The notes under the pieces are model-generated. The model did not search any database, was not told where the DNA came from, and saw only the letters and a program-made list of their open reading frames with translations. Below, one piece after another: positions 45,507-58,716 of a stretch of 64,000 nucleotides of DNA. The stretch lies in assembly GCA_963788195.1 (NCBI GenBank), contig CAWBGA010000002.1, positions 170,543-234,542 of the forward strand, written 5' to 3'. Within the stretch, counting starts at the first letter, position 1; every line of letters begins with the position of its first letter. The position numbers and the translations under genes were made by a program. Source of the stretch: Nitrospirota bacterium. Lineage in GTDB: Bacteria; Nitrospirota; Nitrospiria; Nitrospirales; NS-4.

Positions 45507-47181
45507 ATGACGAGATCTCTCAAGCACAAGAGCCACGAACTGACCGAAGGCCCTGGCCGGGCCCCCGCGCGCGCTATGCTGAAAGCAGTGGGATTCACCG
45601 ATGACGATCTCGCCCGCCCGTTGATTGGGGTCGCGAATACCTGGATCGAGGTCATGCCGTGCAATTATCACTTGCGGCGCCTCTCGGAGAGGGTCAAGGC
45701 GGGGATCCGTGCGGCCGGCGGCACGCCCATTGAATACAATACCATTGCGGTCTCAGATGGGATCGCGATGGGGACAGAAGGGATGAAGGCCTCATTGATC
45801 AGTCGCGAGGTGATTGCGGATTCCGTGGAGTTGGTGGCTCGCGGGCACTTGTTCGATGGCGTTGTGGCGCTTTCGGGGTGCGATAAGACGATTCCGGGCA
45901 CTGTGATGGCGCTGGCCCGGTTGGACCTTCCATCTCTCATGCTGTACGGCGGCTCCATCATGCCCGGGCAATTTCAAGGTCATGACGTCACGATCCAGGA
46001 CGTATTTGAAGGGGTGGGCAAGTACGCAGCGGGGAAGATGACCCCAATGGAGCTTCGCGACCTCGAGAATCATGCTTGTCCGGGCGCCGGCGCCTGTGGC
46101 GGGCAGTTCACGGCGAACACCATGGCGATCGCGTTTGAATTCCTCGGCATCTCGCCAATGGGCTTTAACGGCGTGCCGGCGATGGATCCTCGTAAGGATG
46201 AGGTCGCCTTTCAGTGCGGTCAGCTCATCATGGATTTGCTGCGTGCAGATCTGCGGCCGAAACACATCATCACGCGCTCGTCGCTTGAGAATGCCATTGC
46301 CGCCGTGGCGACGACGGGCGGCTCAACGAATGCCGTGCTCCACCTGCTTGCCATTGCGAAGGAGGCAGGAGTTCCTTTGAGCATCGACGACTTTGATATC
46401 ATCAACCGGAGTGTGCCATTGCTTGCTGACCTGAAGCCTGGTGGAAGGTTTATGGCCGCCGATCTTTTCGCAGCAGGTGGCACGACACTCGTAGCAAAAC
46501 GTTTAATGGACGCCGGCATTCTTCATGCGCATCAACCCACAGTGACGGGTCGTACGATCGGTGAGGAAGCCCGGCTGGCCACGGAAACCTCCGGCCAAGA
46601 GGTGTTACGCCCTCTATCCAATCCCATCAAGACCACAGGCGGGCTGGTTGTTCTCAAAGGCAACCTGGCGCCGGAAGGGTGTGTGGTCAAAGTCGCCGGA
46701 CATGAAAGAATGTCGCATCAGGGGCCGGCGAAAGTCTTTGAGCGTGAAGAGGACGCCTTTGTCGCCGTTCAACGCGGCGAAATTATAGCCGGGGATGTTG
46801 TGGTGATCCGTTACGAAGGCCCGCAGGGTGGTCCGGGCATGCGTGAGATGCTGGGCGTGACGGGAGCGATCGTCGGCGCCGGGTTGGGGGAGTCTGTGGC
46901 GTTATTGACCGACGGCCGCTTTTCAGGCGCCACCCATGGGCTGATGGCCGGGCACGTCGCGCCGGAAGCGGCCAGGGGCGGGCCGATTGCGGCGCTGCAA
47001 AACGGGGATATCATCGTTCTCGATGTGCCTACCCGCCGGTTGGACGTGCAACTCTCAACCGACGAGATCAAGCTCCGGCTCAGTCGGTGGACAGCCTCCC
47101 GCGCCGCGCTATACCATCGGCGTGATGGCTAAATACGCGAGGCACGTCTCCTCAGCTTCTGAGGGCGCCGTCACGAGCTAG
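45507..47181 (+). CDS. ilvD: Dihydroxy-acid dehydratase (C-terminal frameshift)
   Basis: PCN, VSDGI, GCDKT, CGGQFTANTM, TDGRFSG. Confidence 0.96.
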
Positions 47182-47368
47182 AGAGACTTCGCTTTTTTAA
47201 GTCTTTCTGATTTGACGATTATTATCTCTCCGTGATAAACTTTCCGTTCTTACCTTGCTGATTTTCCATAGTATTTGGCATTTTAAAAAGGGCCGTCGGT
47301 TCGCTCAGTAGGGCACCGATAAAAATGGCAGCAGCAGAAACGAATCTTCTTACGAACAGGAGTCTGCT

Positions 47369-49144
47369 ATGAAGCTCACGGGAGCCGAAATCTTTCTGGA
47401 AAGTCTTAAGTGCGAAGGGGTGAAGACTCTTTTCGGGCTCCCGGGTGGTGTCGTCCTCAAGATTTTCGACATCCTTCATCAGCAGAAGGACATTGAGGTC
47501 ATCCTCACGCGGCACGAACAAGGCGCCGGCCATATGGCCGAGGGCTACGCGAAAGCTACCGGCAAGCCAGGGGTCGCGCTTGTGACATCGGGCCCAGGCA
47601 TGACCAATATCGTGACCCCTTTGGTGGACGCCTATATGGATTCCGTGCCGATTGTCGTGTTCACCGGTCAGGTGCCCACGCATCTCATCGGCAACGACGC
47701 CTTTCAGGAGGCCGACAATGTGGGCATCAGCCGGCCATGCACCAAGTACAATTTCTTGGTCAAGGACGTGAACGATCTTGCTCAGACCATCAAAGAGGCT
47801 TTTTATCTGGCAATGACAGGAAGGCCGGGTCCGGTGCTGGTGGACATTCCCAAAGATGTTGCCATGAACAAGGGAGATTTTCGCTATCCCGACAGCGTCT
47901 CGATCCGTGGATACAATCCCACGATTGAAGGAAATAAATGGCAGATCAAGCAGGCCGTGGAAGCCATCCACAAGTCGAAGAAGCCCATCATCTATGTCGG
48001 AGGCGGGGCGGTGTTTTCCAATGCCCACGCTGAACTTCTGGAGTTTGCAGAGCTCACGCAAATACCCGTCGATATGACATTGATGGCTCTGGGCGTATTT
48101 CCCGGCTCGCACCCATTATCTCTCGGGATGATGGGAATGCACGGCTCCTACGCGTCAAACATGGCGGTACATTACTCGGATCTGGTGATTGCAATTGGCT
48201 CTCGGTTCGATGACCGGGTGACCGGTAAGGTGTCCGAGTTCTGTCCCGAGGCCAAGGTCATCCACATAGATATCGATCCGACGTCGATCCGTAAGAATGT
48301 TCAAGTGGACATTCCGGTGGTCGGCGACGTCAAAGCCGTGCTTCGTGAGCTGAACGCCATGCTGCGTGCCACGCCGAACGGCAACTCAATTGAACAGCGA
48401 AAGCCGTGGCGCAATCAGATCGATGAATGGCAGGAAAAGCATCCGATGACCTATGTCCAACCGCCGGATGCTCAGATCAAGCCTCAGTACATCATTGACC
48501 GGCTCTATGAGCTCACCCGAGACAGGGACCCCATCGTGGCGACGGATGTGGGGCAGCATCAGATGTGGGCCGCCCAGCATTTCCGGCTCAACAAGCCTCG
48601 CAAGTGGCTGACGTCGGGAGGCCTGGGGACCATGGGATTCGGGTTGCCGGCGGCCCTCGGCGCGCAGGCGGCTTTTCGGGATCAGTTGGTGCTGTGCATT
48701 GCGGGTGACGGCAGCATCCAGATGAACATGCAGGAGATGGCCACCGCCATGATCTCGAGGCTTCCCGTGAAGACGTTCATCTTGAACAACCACTTTCATG
48801 GAATGGTCAGGCAATGGCAGGACCTCTTCTACGAGGGCCGCTATGCGTCTTCGTATCTGGATACCGTCCCCGACTTCGTCAAAATGGCCGAGGCCTTCAA
48901 TGCGGTGGGCTTGCGGGCCACCAAAGTTTCGGAAGTGGATGACGTCATCAAAGAATCGCTGAAGACCGATAAGCCCGTTCTTGTGGACATCGAAGTCGAC
49001 GCCTATGAAAATTGCTATCCGATGATTCCGGCGGGCGGCGCCAACAATGAAATGATTCTTGAAGACCCGCCGGAGATGAAACGCGGAGCCAAGCCGGCCT
49101 CCAAGGTGGCGGGCGAAGATAAGGATACTGTCCTGACCGCGTAA
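47369..49144 (+). CDS. ilvB: Acetolactate synthase large subunit
   Basis: [29 protein letters not shown]. Confidence 0.96.
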   Translation: MKLTGAEIFLESLKCEGVKTLFGLPGGVVLKIFDILHQQKDIEVILTRHEQGAGHMAEGYAKATGKPGVALVTSGPGMTNIVTPLVDAYMDSVPIVVFTGQVPTHLIGNDAFQEADNVGISRPCTKYNFLVKDVNDLAQTIKEAFYLAMTGRPGPVLVDIPKDVAMNKGDFRYPDSVSIRGYNPTIEGNKWQIKQAVEAIHKSKKPIIYVGGGAVFSNAHAELLEFAELTQIPVDMTLMALGVFPGSHPLSLGMMGMHGSYASNMAVHYSDLVIAIGSRFDDRVTGKVSEFCPEAKVIHIDIDPTSIRKNVQVDIPVVGDVKAVLRELNAMLRATPNGNSIEQRKPWRNQIDEWQEKHPMTYVQPPDAQIKPQYIIDRLYELTRDRDPIVATDVGQHQMWAAQHFRLNKPRKWLTSGGLGTMGFGLPAALGAQAAFRDQLVLCIAGDGSIQMNMQEMATAMISRLPVKTFILNNHFHGMVRQWQDLFYEGRYASSYLDTVPDFVKMAEAFNAVGLRATKVSEVDDVIKESLKTDKPVLVDIEVDAYENCYPMIPAGGANNEMILEDPPEMKRGAKPASKVAGEDKDTVLTA

Positions 49145-49163
49145 ATTGCCGTTTTGACGCCGC

Positions 49164-49262
49164 TGTCATTCTGAGCACAGCCGTCATTCTGAGCGCAGCG
49201 AAGAATCTGGGCGGGATTGGACGAAATCTATATATAGATCCTTCGCGAAACTCAGGATGACA
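49164..49262. repeat. REP-like palindrome family A with duplicated left end
   Basis: TGTCATTCTGAGC..CGTCATTCTGAGCGCAGCGAAGAATCT...AGATCCTTCGCGAAACTCAGGATGACA. Confidence 0.88.
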
Positions 49263-49336
49263 AATGGGAGGCCAGGATAACAACTGGAAGGCTTCGCAGG
49301 GGCTTGTGATGAGGCGAGCACAAGGAGAATAGAGTC

Positions 49337-49861
49337 GTGGAGCATATTGTTTCGGTTCTCGTGGAAAACAAGTTCGGCGTGTTGTCCCGGATCGCGAACC
49401 TCTTCAGCGGGCGCGGCTACAACATTGAAACGCTGTCGGTCGCGCCGACCCTGGATCCCTCGATGTCCATGATGACGATTGTCACATCGGGGGACGATCG
49501 GATCATCGAGCAGATCGTCAAGCAGCTCAACAAGCTGATCGACGTGATCAAGGTCGTAGATCTGAACGAGAGCGAATTCGTGGAGCGTGAGATGGCGCTT
49601 ATCAAAATTCACACGCGGCCGGAGGACCGGGCGGAAGCTCTTCGAATCGCCGACATTTTTCGCGCAAAAGTAGTTGATTCCACCCCCTCGACCTACACTG
49701 TTGAGATCACCGGGGACGTGAAGAAAGTGGAGGCGGCGATCAATCTTCTGCAGCCTCTGGGTATCAAGGAGTTGGTCCGGACGGGGCGGGTGGCGATCGC
49801 CCGCGAGCCGGTGCGCTCGACGGCAGCGCAACCCAAACGCGCATTAAAAGAAGAAAAATAG
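49337..49861 (+). CDS. ilvN: Acetolactate synthase small subunit
   Basis: ENKFGVLSRI..LFSGRGYNI ACT domain. Confidence 0.96.
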   Translation: MEHIVSVLVENKFGVLSRIANLFSGRGYNIETLSVAPTLDPSMSMMTIVTSGDDRIIEQIVKQLNKLIDVIKVVDLNESEFVEREMALIKIHTRPEDRAEALRIADIFRAKVVDSTPSTYTVEITGDVKKVEAAINLLQPLGIKELVRTGRVAIAREPVRSTAAQPKRALKEEK

Positions 49862-49870
49862 CGCCTCCGT

Positions 49871-49904
49871 GAAGGTCTAGAATCTTCGCTGCGCTCAGAA
49901 TGAC
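49871..49904. repeat. Partial family-A repeat
   Basis: TCTTCGCTGCGCTCAGAATGAC. Confidence 0.75.
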
Positions 49905-49914
49905 TAATGGATGA

Positions 49915-50946
<1,032 letters not shown>

Positions 50947-50949
50947 GAC

Positions 50950-51602
50950 ATGGCGGATCAGGCGAGTGGATGGCCGATAGCCAAAGAAGGCTTGCCTTTC
51001 TGCATGGCCGCCGCGGCTTGCGGGGCCGGCGCTGCGGCTTTAGGATTGACCGGGCTCGGCGCCGTTTTTCTGGCCGGCACGACTATTTATCGCGTGGTTT
51101 TTCCGGAATCCCTCGCGAGCGGTCCCCCAGGCCCCCAAGCTGGTTGTCTCGCCGGGAGACGGGCGAATAATGGCAGTGGTAAAGGAAGAGGAGCCGCGTT
51201 TCTTAAAGGACCAGGCGACGCGGGTGAGCATATTTCTCAGCCCCCTGAACGTCCATATCAACCGAATCCCGTGTGAGGGTACTGTGACTGCCGTGGCTCA
51301 TTCTGCTGGAAAGTTTCTGGTGGCGAGCCGTCCCAGGCGCCACGCTCGAAAATGAGCAGACCGCCGTGCTCATCGAGACCGATGAGGGCCACCGGGTGCT
51401 GTGTGTTCAGGTCGCGGGGTACGTGGCGCGCCGGATCGTCACGTGGTTAAGACTTGGGGAACGGGTGGCTCGCGGCGAGCGGTATGGCTTGATCCGGTTT
51501 GGATCGCGCATGGATCTCTATCTGCCGAGACTCGCCGAGGTAAAGGTTGAAGTTGGTGGTCGGGTCCGCGGAGGCGAAACAGTGATTGGAGTGCTGCCGT
51601 GA
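50950..51602 (+). CDS. psd: Phosphatidylserine decarboxylase (several frameshifts)
   Basis: IFLSPLNVHINR, QVAG.VARRI, IRFGSRMD self-cleavage motif. Confidence 0.88.
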
Positions 51603-52426
51603 AGTACAACGCTCAGAGGCACGAAATGAAGCCCATAAGGCCACGGCTTCGGGTGCGCAGGCGCCAAGCCATTTATCTCATCCCTAACCTGTTCACGACG
51701 GGGAATTTATTCTGCGGGCTGTACGCTATCATTGCGTCCTTTAACGGAAACTATCTCCACGCCTCGATTGCGATTTTGGTGGCGCTGATCTTCGATGTCT
51801 TGGATGGACAGTCTGCGCGACTCACTAAAACGACAAGCCAATTCGGTGTTGAGTACGACTCTTTGGCCGACCTCGTTTCCTTCGGGCTTGCCCCGGCGGT
51901 GTTGATCTATGCCTGGGCCCTACACGCTCACGGCGTTATAGGCCTGGCGGTCGTCTTCGCGTTCGTCGGCTGTGGTGCGTTAAGACTGGCGCGCTACAAT
52001 GTGCAAACGATCACCGGCGACAACCGTTATTTTACGGGCCTGCCGATTCCGGGCGCCGCAGGCGTGCTGGCCTCGCTTATTCTCTTCGATCACCACATTT
52101 TTCAACTCGGGCAAACCGTTAAGCCGTTGTTGGTCCTGGTCGTCTCCTTCTTGCTGTCGTTTTTGATGGTCAGTACGATTAAATACGCAAAGTTCAGAGG
52201 GATGCGGTTTCACGAGGGCGAAGGCTTCGTTTATCTGGTGTGGGGGGTGCTGGGAATCATGTTGATTGCCGCCATGCCGCCGGTCGCATTATTTACGTTG
52301 TTCGCAGGTTACGCCGTCTCTGGCGTCGTGATGTGGCTGCTAGCCCTTGTGAGGCCGGCGGCGCGCCGACCCGTCATGCAGGAACGCCCATCTTCTTCAC
52401 TTTCCTCAGGAGAGAGAGAGGGTTAA
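51599..52426 (+). CDS. pssA: CDP-diacylglycerol--serine O-phosphatidyltransferase
   Basis: PNLFTTGN, DVLDGQSAR..SQFGVEYDSLAD, RLARYN, FTGLP. Confidence 0.94.
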   Translation: MKYNAQRHEMKPIRPRLRVRRRQAIYLIPNLFTTGNLFCGLYAIIASFNGNYLHASIAILVALIFDVLDGQSARLTKTTSQFGVEYDSLADLVSFGLAPAVLIYAWALHAHGVIGLAVVFAFVGCGALRLARYNVQTITGDNRYFTGLPIPGAAGVLASLILFDHHIFQLGQTVKPLLVLVVSFLLSFLMVSTIKYAKFRGMRFHEGEGFVYLVWGVLGIMLIAAMPPVALFTLFAGYAVSGVVMWLLALVRPAARRPVMQERPSSSLSSGEREG

Positions 52427-52435
52427 TATCACGCC

Positions 52436-53980
52436 ATGGCCCGCATGATCCGTATATTCGATACGACACTTCGCGACGGCGAGCAATCGCCCGGCGCGGC
52501 GATGAACCTCGAAGAGAAGCTGATGATTGCGAAACAACTCGCCCGCCTGAATGTTGACGTCATCGAGGCGGGCTTCGCATACAGCTCACCCGGAGACTTC
52601 GAGGCAGTCCGCCGGATCGCGCAGGAAGTGGAGGGGCCCGTTATCTGCAGTCTGGCGCGCGCTCGTCCCGAGGATGTGGATAGGGCATGGGAGGCTCTGC
52701 GTGGTGCACCGAAGATCCGTATCCATACATTTATCTCCACATCGGATATCCATCTCAAACACCAGTTTCGGCTGACGAGGGATCAGGCCCGTGACCGTGC
52801 AGTCGAAATGGTGCAGCGCGCCAAGGGGTATCTCGACGATGTGGAATTCTCTCCGATGGATGCCACGCGCTCCGAGCCAAAGTATCTGTACGAGGTGCTG
52901 GAGGCGGTCATTGAAGCGGGGGCCACTACGGTCAACATCCCTGATACCGTCGGATACGCGGCGCCTCAGGAATTCGGAATGCTGATTCGCGGGATCCGGG
53001 AGAATGTGCCGAACATCAAGAAGGCGATCATTTCCGTGCATTGCCACAACGATCTCGGGGTGGCGGTGGCCAACTCCTTGGCGGCGATTGTGGAAGGGGC
53101 GGGCCAGGTGGAATGCACCATCAATGGGATCGGCGAGCGCGCGGGGAACGCCTCATTGGAGGAGATCGCAATGGGCCTGCGCACCCGGAAAGACTTCTAT
53201 GGCGCGGATACCGGGATTCGCACGGAAGAGATCGTCAAGAGCAGTCGTCTGGTCAGCAGCATCACCGGAATGGTCGTGCAGCCGAACAAGGCCATTGTCG
53301 GCGCGAATGCGTTTTCGCACGCCTCAGGGATTCACCAGGACGGATTCTTAAAAGAAAAAACGACGTACGAAATCATGCGTCCTGATACCATCGGTTTGGG
53401 CAAGAGCACGCTTGTGATGGGCAAGCTGTCGGGGCGCCATGCCTTCAGGCAACGGCTGGAAGAATTGGGTTACAAGCTGACCGACGAAGAGCTCGGCAAG
53501 GCATTCGAGCGTTTTAAAAAGCTGGCCGATCAGAAAAAGGAAGTGTACGAAGAGGACCTCGAGGTGATTCTCTCGGAAGAGCTTCGCGCGGTTCCCGAGA
53601 CCTACAAACTCAGGTCCCTGCGCGTTGAAAGCGGCACGAATCTCGTTCCGAAGGCTGAAATTGAGCTCGAAATAGACGGCAAGCCCTTCCGGCAGATAGG
53701 CAACGGCGATGGCCCTGTGGACGCCGCGTATCGGACGATCGCGATCATGACCGAGACCAAGAGCACGCTATTGACCTATGTCGTGAAAGCGATCACCGGC
53801 GGCACCGACGCGCAAGGTGAGGTGATGGTGAAAGTGGAAGAGGGCTCAAAGACCGTGATCGGTCACGGGTCGGACACTGATATTATTGTCGCCTCAGCCA
53901 AGGCCTACTTAAACGCGCTCAACAAGCTTGTTCACTGGAAGACACGCAAGGACGAAACGATCAGCTACAAACAGGCCTAG
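52436..53980 (+). CDS. leuA: 2-isopropylmalate synthase
   Basis: DTTLRDGEQ, HCHNDLG, GERAGN, GNGDGPVDA. Confidence 0.97.
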   Translation: MARMIRIFDTTLRDGEQSPGAAMNLEEKLMIAKQLARLNVDVIEAGFAYSSPGDFEAVRRIAQEVEGPVICSLARARPEDVDRAWEALRGAPKIRIHTFISTSDIHLKHQFRLTRDQARDRAVEMVQRAKGYLDDVEFSPMDATRSEPKYLYEVLEAVIEAGATTVNIPDTVGYAAPQEFGMLIRGIRENVPNIKKAIISVHCHNDLGVAVANSLAAIVEGAGQVECTINGIGERAGNASLEEIAMGLRTRKDFYGADTGIRTEEIVKSSRLVSSITGMVVQPNKAIVGANAFSHASGIHQDGFLKEKTTYEIMRPDTIGLGKSTLVMGKLSGRHAFRQRLEELGYKLTDEELGKAFERFKKLADQKKEVYEEDLEVILSEELRAVPETYKLRSLRVESGTNLVPKAEIELEIDGKPFRQIGNGDGPVDAAYRTIAIMTETKSTLLTYVVKAITGGTDAQGEVMVKVEEGSKTVIGHGSDTDIIVASAKAYLNALNKLVHWKTRKDETISYKQA

Positions 53981-54005
53981 CCTGGTTTACACTCGTCGCG
54001 ATTCC

Positions 54006-57000
54006 TCAGACGCCTTCAAGACGGAGAATGTGCACACGACCCGAGGTTTCGCCTGCAACAATTGTGTGTCCATCTTGACCCACAGAACAGGAGGTGATTC
54101 CCCCGTCGCCGTTAAAAGTCGCAAGCAATTTTCCACTCGTCACCTCCCACACCCGCAGGGTGTCGTCCTCTGACGCAGAAATCGTGTACCGGCCATCCGG
54201 CGTGATGGTCATCCCGCTGACCAAGTCCGTGTGGCCGACCAACCCCCGCACCTCTCATTCCCGTGTCGACGTCCCATACTTTCAACGTATCATCGTAAGA
54301 CGCAGAAATTGCGTACCGGCCATCCGGAGTGACGGCTACCGCCCTCACCCAATTCGTGTGGCCGGCGAGAGTCCGCACTTCGGCTCCCGTGTCGAGGTCC
54401 CACACTTTCAACATATCATCGTAAGAACCCGAGATCGCATACCGACCGTCAGGTGTCACGGTTAGCGCCCTCACCCAGTTCGTGTGACCCGTGAGAGTCC
54501 TTACATCCGCGCCTGTATCCACGTCCCACACTTTCAACGTCTGATCCGCGGACGTGGAGATCGCATACCGGCCGTTGGGAGTCATGGTTACTGAATTGAC
54601 TCCGCCTGAGTGGCCACTGAGGGTCCGCACTTCTGCTCCGGTGTCGACGTCCCACACTTTCAGCATGTGATCAGCAGACGCTGAGATCGCATACCGGCCG
54701 TTCGGTGTTACCGTCACCGCGCTGACCGAGTCCGTATGGCCGGCGAGAGTCCGCACCTCCGTCCCCGTGTCCAGGTCCCACATTTTTAACGTGTGATCGT
54801 AAGACGCCGAGATTGCGTAGCGGCCGTTGGGCGTCACGGCCACCGCCGTGACCGTAGCCATGTGACCTGTCAGGGTTCGCACCTCAGTCCCGGTTTCCAC
54901 ATTCCACACCTTTAATGTGTGGTCGTAAGACGCTGAGACCGCATACCGGCTGTTTGGCGTCACGGTCACCGCCGTGACCTTCGCCGTGTGGCCCGCGCGG
55001 CTCAGTTCCTGCGCTTTCGCCGTATCGAGGTTCCACACTTTCAAGTGTCTCATCAGTAGACGCCGAGATCGCATAGCTGCCGTTGACCGTCAGGGTGACA
55101 GCGTTGACCGAGTCTGTGTGGCCCAAGAGAGTTTGCAACTTCGTCCCCGTGTCGATGTCCCACACGTTCAACGTCTTATCGCTGGAGGCCGAGATCGCGT
55201 ACCGGCCGTCCGGCGTAACGGCCACAGCATTGACCGCGCGCGCGTGGCCGGTGAGAGTTCGCACGTGTGTCCCTGTCTCCACCTCCCACACTTTCAATGT
55301 CTGATCGTCAGATGTAGAGATCGCGTACCGGCCATTGGGCGTCACGGTCACGGCACTGACCGATCGCGTATGACCGATGAGAGTCCGCACCTCTAATCCC
55401 CGTGCCAATGTCCCATACCTTTAAGGTCTGATCGTTGGACGCTGAAATCGCGTACCGGCCGTCCGGTGTCACGGCCACCGCATTGACGGCATCCGTGTGA
55501 CCGGCAAGGGTCCGAACCGGCGTCCCTGTGTCGAGGCTCCAGATTTTCAACGTTTCATCGTAGGACGCCGAGATCGCGTAGCGCCCGTCGGGTGTCACGA
55601 CGACTGCACTGACCGAGTCCGTGTGCCCGGAGAGAGTCCGGATTTCCGTCCCCGTGGCGAGGTCCCACACTTTCAGCGTGTCATCGTAGGATGCCGAAAT
55701 CGCGCACCGAGCGTCGGGGGTCACGGCCACTCCTCGCACCCAGCTCGTGTGGCCCGCGAGGGTCCGTACTTCCGCGCCCACGTCAACATCCCATACTTTC
55801 AAGGTGTGATCATCAGAGGCGGAAATCGCGTACCGACCATCCGGCGACAGTGCGACCGCCGATACCGACAGTGTGTGGCCCGCGAGGGTGCGCACGAGTG
55901 CGCCGCCAGGCGGTGTAAGCATTGCGTTGAGGGGACGCAGCCATACAGAGCCCCGCCATTGTGCGGCCTGATCCCTCAGGTGTTGAGTGGCCTGGGAAGC
56001 GTCAATCGGCAATCGCCCCAGTAGCTGTCCTGCGAATTGGCTTTTGTCGCGAGCCAGCACATGCGCCGACAGCCGAATCGCCCCACAGGGTAGAGACAAA
56101 TGAACATCATCGACAAGAGCGTCATAGTCGTTGATCAAATCTGCAATGTTTGTCGCCTGAAGCTTGGCGTTGATCCATCCAAAGTCAGTGAGAAGAGTTC
56201 GTAACTCATCTTTTCGCCCTGCCTTCAGAAGGTGGTAGTCGAGTCGCTGGAAGAAATATCCATCGTTGGCGCCTTTCTCCCAATGCCCTCCTGATTTCTC
56301 AAAGTACGCGTCAAGCAAAGCTTGGTTCAACCCGCTGGGATCTGCTTGCGCAGCCTGCAGGTAATCGTATTGCAGGTGATGCATCGTAATGTGACGACCT
56401 GGAGACTCGCCGGTCACTCGTATCAGAGCCGTGCATTCGAGCGTCGTCAGGAATTTTCGTGCGTCACGGTCCTTCATCGCGCCCGTATGGTGCCACAAGG
56501 TCACAATCGCGGCCTCCGGAACTACAGCATTGCCGGGAAAGACCGCCAGTTCATGGTACCGAGTCGCGGCGGATGGCTCTGTCCGGGTCAATACATCCAC
56601 GCTCACCTTTAACGACTTCATCACATCGGAATAGGGATAGTTGGGAAAGGTCTTTTCCAAAAAGCTCAGGTCCGCTTCGCGCAATGCGTCCAGGAGATCG
56701 GCCCAGGGAGTGCCGTCGCGCACCATCGCTCCACACAGGGACAGCGCAAACGGCTGGTTGCCGCACTCTTTAATAAGGAGAGGCGCCTGTTCCGGCAGCT
56801 GCTTGAACAGGTTGGCCGCACCAACCTGCCAACAGCTTGAGGGCCTCTGCATCATTGAGGACGTCTATTTGACACGCCTGGGCGCCCACCGCCGTCACTA
56901 ATCCGCGATCCCGTGTGGTGAGCAGCACGCGACACCGGGGACCGATGGCATTTATAAACGGCTCTGCGCTGGACACGTCCCACATGTCGTCAAGAACGAG

Positions 57001-57837
57001 CAGACAGTTCTTGTCCGCCAGCACCTGTACCAAACGGCTCTTGGCGGAAGTGATATCAATATATTGAGCCGGATTATCGTCGAACGCCAAGCCGACCTGC
57101 CGCATGTTTTGTAATAGGTGCGGCTCCTGTCCTATGGTGAGCCACAGGACCCCGTCACTAAATGCTCGCCGCGTATGCGTCGCACGAGCAAATGCCGCGG
57201 CCACGACGGATTTCCCCACCCCCGCCATTCCCTGGAGCGCGGTCGTTTGCTTGCGAGACGTCACGACGGTTGGCTGTTGAATATCGAGAAGCACCGTCTT
57301 TCCGATTGCCTCAATATCCTCAAGTCGAAGCAGGAAGTAAGGTGGCAAAGAGGGGACGAGCGTCAGGAGCCTTCCCGGCTCCACAACCGGCGTCGAAAGA
57401 ACGCGGAGTAATTCGTCCAGTGCCTCCTGGTAAGGGCGGGACTCACGAAAGTCCGGGGCATGCGATTTAGACAGACTGCTGGAATCGACGTAGCCCGCCT
57501 CAGGCAGCATCGATACCGCGCCCTTGCTGAAGTACTGAGCCCAATCCGGATATTCGCCTTGTCGGAGAATCGGCACAATGCCTTTGCTGAACAATAAGGC
57601 ATGCTCCCACTCGGCGCGCACGTATTCGGACGTAAGGGCATGGGGGCCGATGACGGCAATGACACGGTTCGATCCTTCGATCGCATCACGGATTTCCTGC
57701 AAAAAGGTCAGGCCCCGGCTCTCCATGGCCTGACGATCCCACCACACGTCGATGCCGTGTTGCTTTAAATCCTGATAGAGCTGTTTGACAAACGGCTCGT
57801 CATCGCCGCGCGCATAGGAGATAAAAATTCCGGCCAT
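54006..57837 (-). CDS. TIR - NB-ARC (STAND) - WD40 NLR/APAF-1-like protein (~4 frameshifts)
   Basis: IFISYAR..SEYVRAEW (TIR); GMAGVGKS, LLVLDDMW, LLTTR, MHHLQ (NB-ARC); ~15 WD40 repeats. Confidence 0.9.
54100..55890 (-). repeat. ~126-bp coding tandem repeats (WD40 units)
   Basis: 14 similar GH..V.AV..TP.GRYAISAS.D.TLKVWD units. Confidence 0.9.
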
Positions 57838-57988
57838 CCCTGGTCCCCTGCGCTTGAGTAGTCCTCTGGAGCCCCGGAGAGATTGATCGGCGCAATGCTA
57901 GCAGCTTTTGAGAAACATGTCAGGAGGGAAAACAGTACTAAAAATTATGGGGTTCTTCGCTAGTGCTCAGGATAATGAGCGGGGCTCG

Positions 57989-58292
57989 TCATTTAAAGAG
58001 CTTTAGGACTCCGCCCAAAAGTCCTTCCTTGCGCGATAACTGCTCCAGCTCGCCGGCATCCAGCCAGATCCCCTCGCAGTTCATGCAGCGGTCGATCTTC
58101 ACGCCCTTGAGATCCATTTCGACCAGAGACTGCCCGCATTTGGGGCAGTGCATAAAATGCAGGTCCTTGAGCCGTTGCTTCTCCTCGGATGCCATGGACG
58201 ATTGCGTGGCTTCGGCTTCACGGCGTCTTTTTTCGATCATCTGGCGCGCGAAATATTCTTCTTCTTTCTCACTGAGTTTATTCAGATCCCAT
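57989..58292 (-). CDS. zf-TFIIB-like zinc ribbon protein
   Basis: EEEYF, HFMHCPKCG, IDRCMNCEGIWLDAGELE; 1-bp shift at the start. Confidence 0.85.
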
Positions 58293-58313
58293 ACGGTTTC
58301 TCCAGAGTAATGA

Positions 58314-58547
58314 TCATTGCTGGCGATTAGCCCGGCGCGCGCGAATGACCAGGAAGAGTGAGCGACCACCTTGAAACAAAACATAGATAAAGAGGCCAAA
58401 AAAAACCGCGTTCCATCCGATGTCCTGCCACTGTTTGGGGGAAGGATCGTGCAGGACTACCCCAAGCGCGACATGACCCCCTAGCCCGATGCTGAGAGCA
58501 AAAATGATCCATTCTCTCGCCCACACCGCTTTTTTTTCCTGTTGCAT
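58314..58547 (-). CDS. Small two-TM membrane protein
   Basis: Two hydrophobic helices; lies in the run of minus-strand genes. Confidence 0.6.
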   Translation of the reverse strand: MQQEKKAVWAREWIIFALSIGLGGHVALGVVLHDPSPKQWQDIGWNAVFFGLFIYVLFQGGRSLFLVIRARRANRQQ

Positions 58548-58716
58548 TGAACCGTATCCCTGTAAAGACCCTCCTTTATTGTACCTGCCGGTCCTCGATC
58601 TTGCCAAGGCACATTCTTTTTCGGAAAGCGGCCCGCCAGAAGTGCATGCGGTTTCGAAACGGGGACAGATTTATTTTTCGAAGGTAGGCGCCGGCAGGAC
58701 CAAGGGGATCTGGAAT

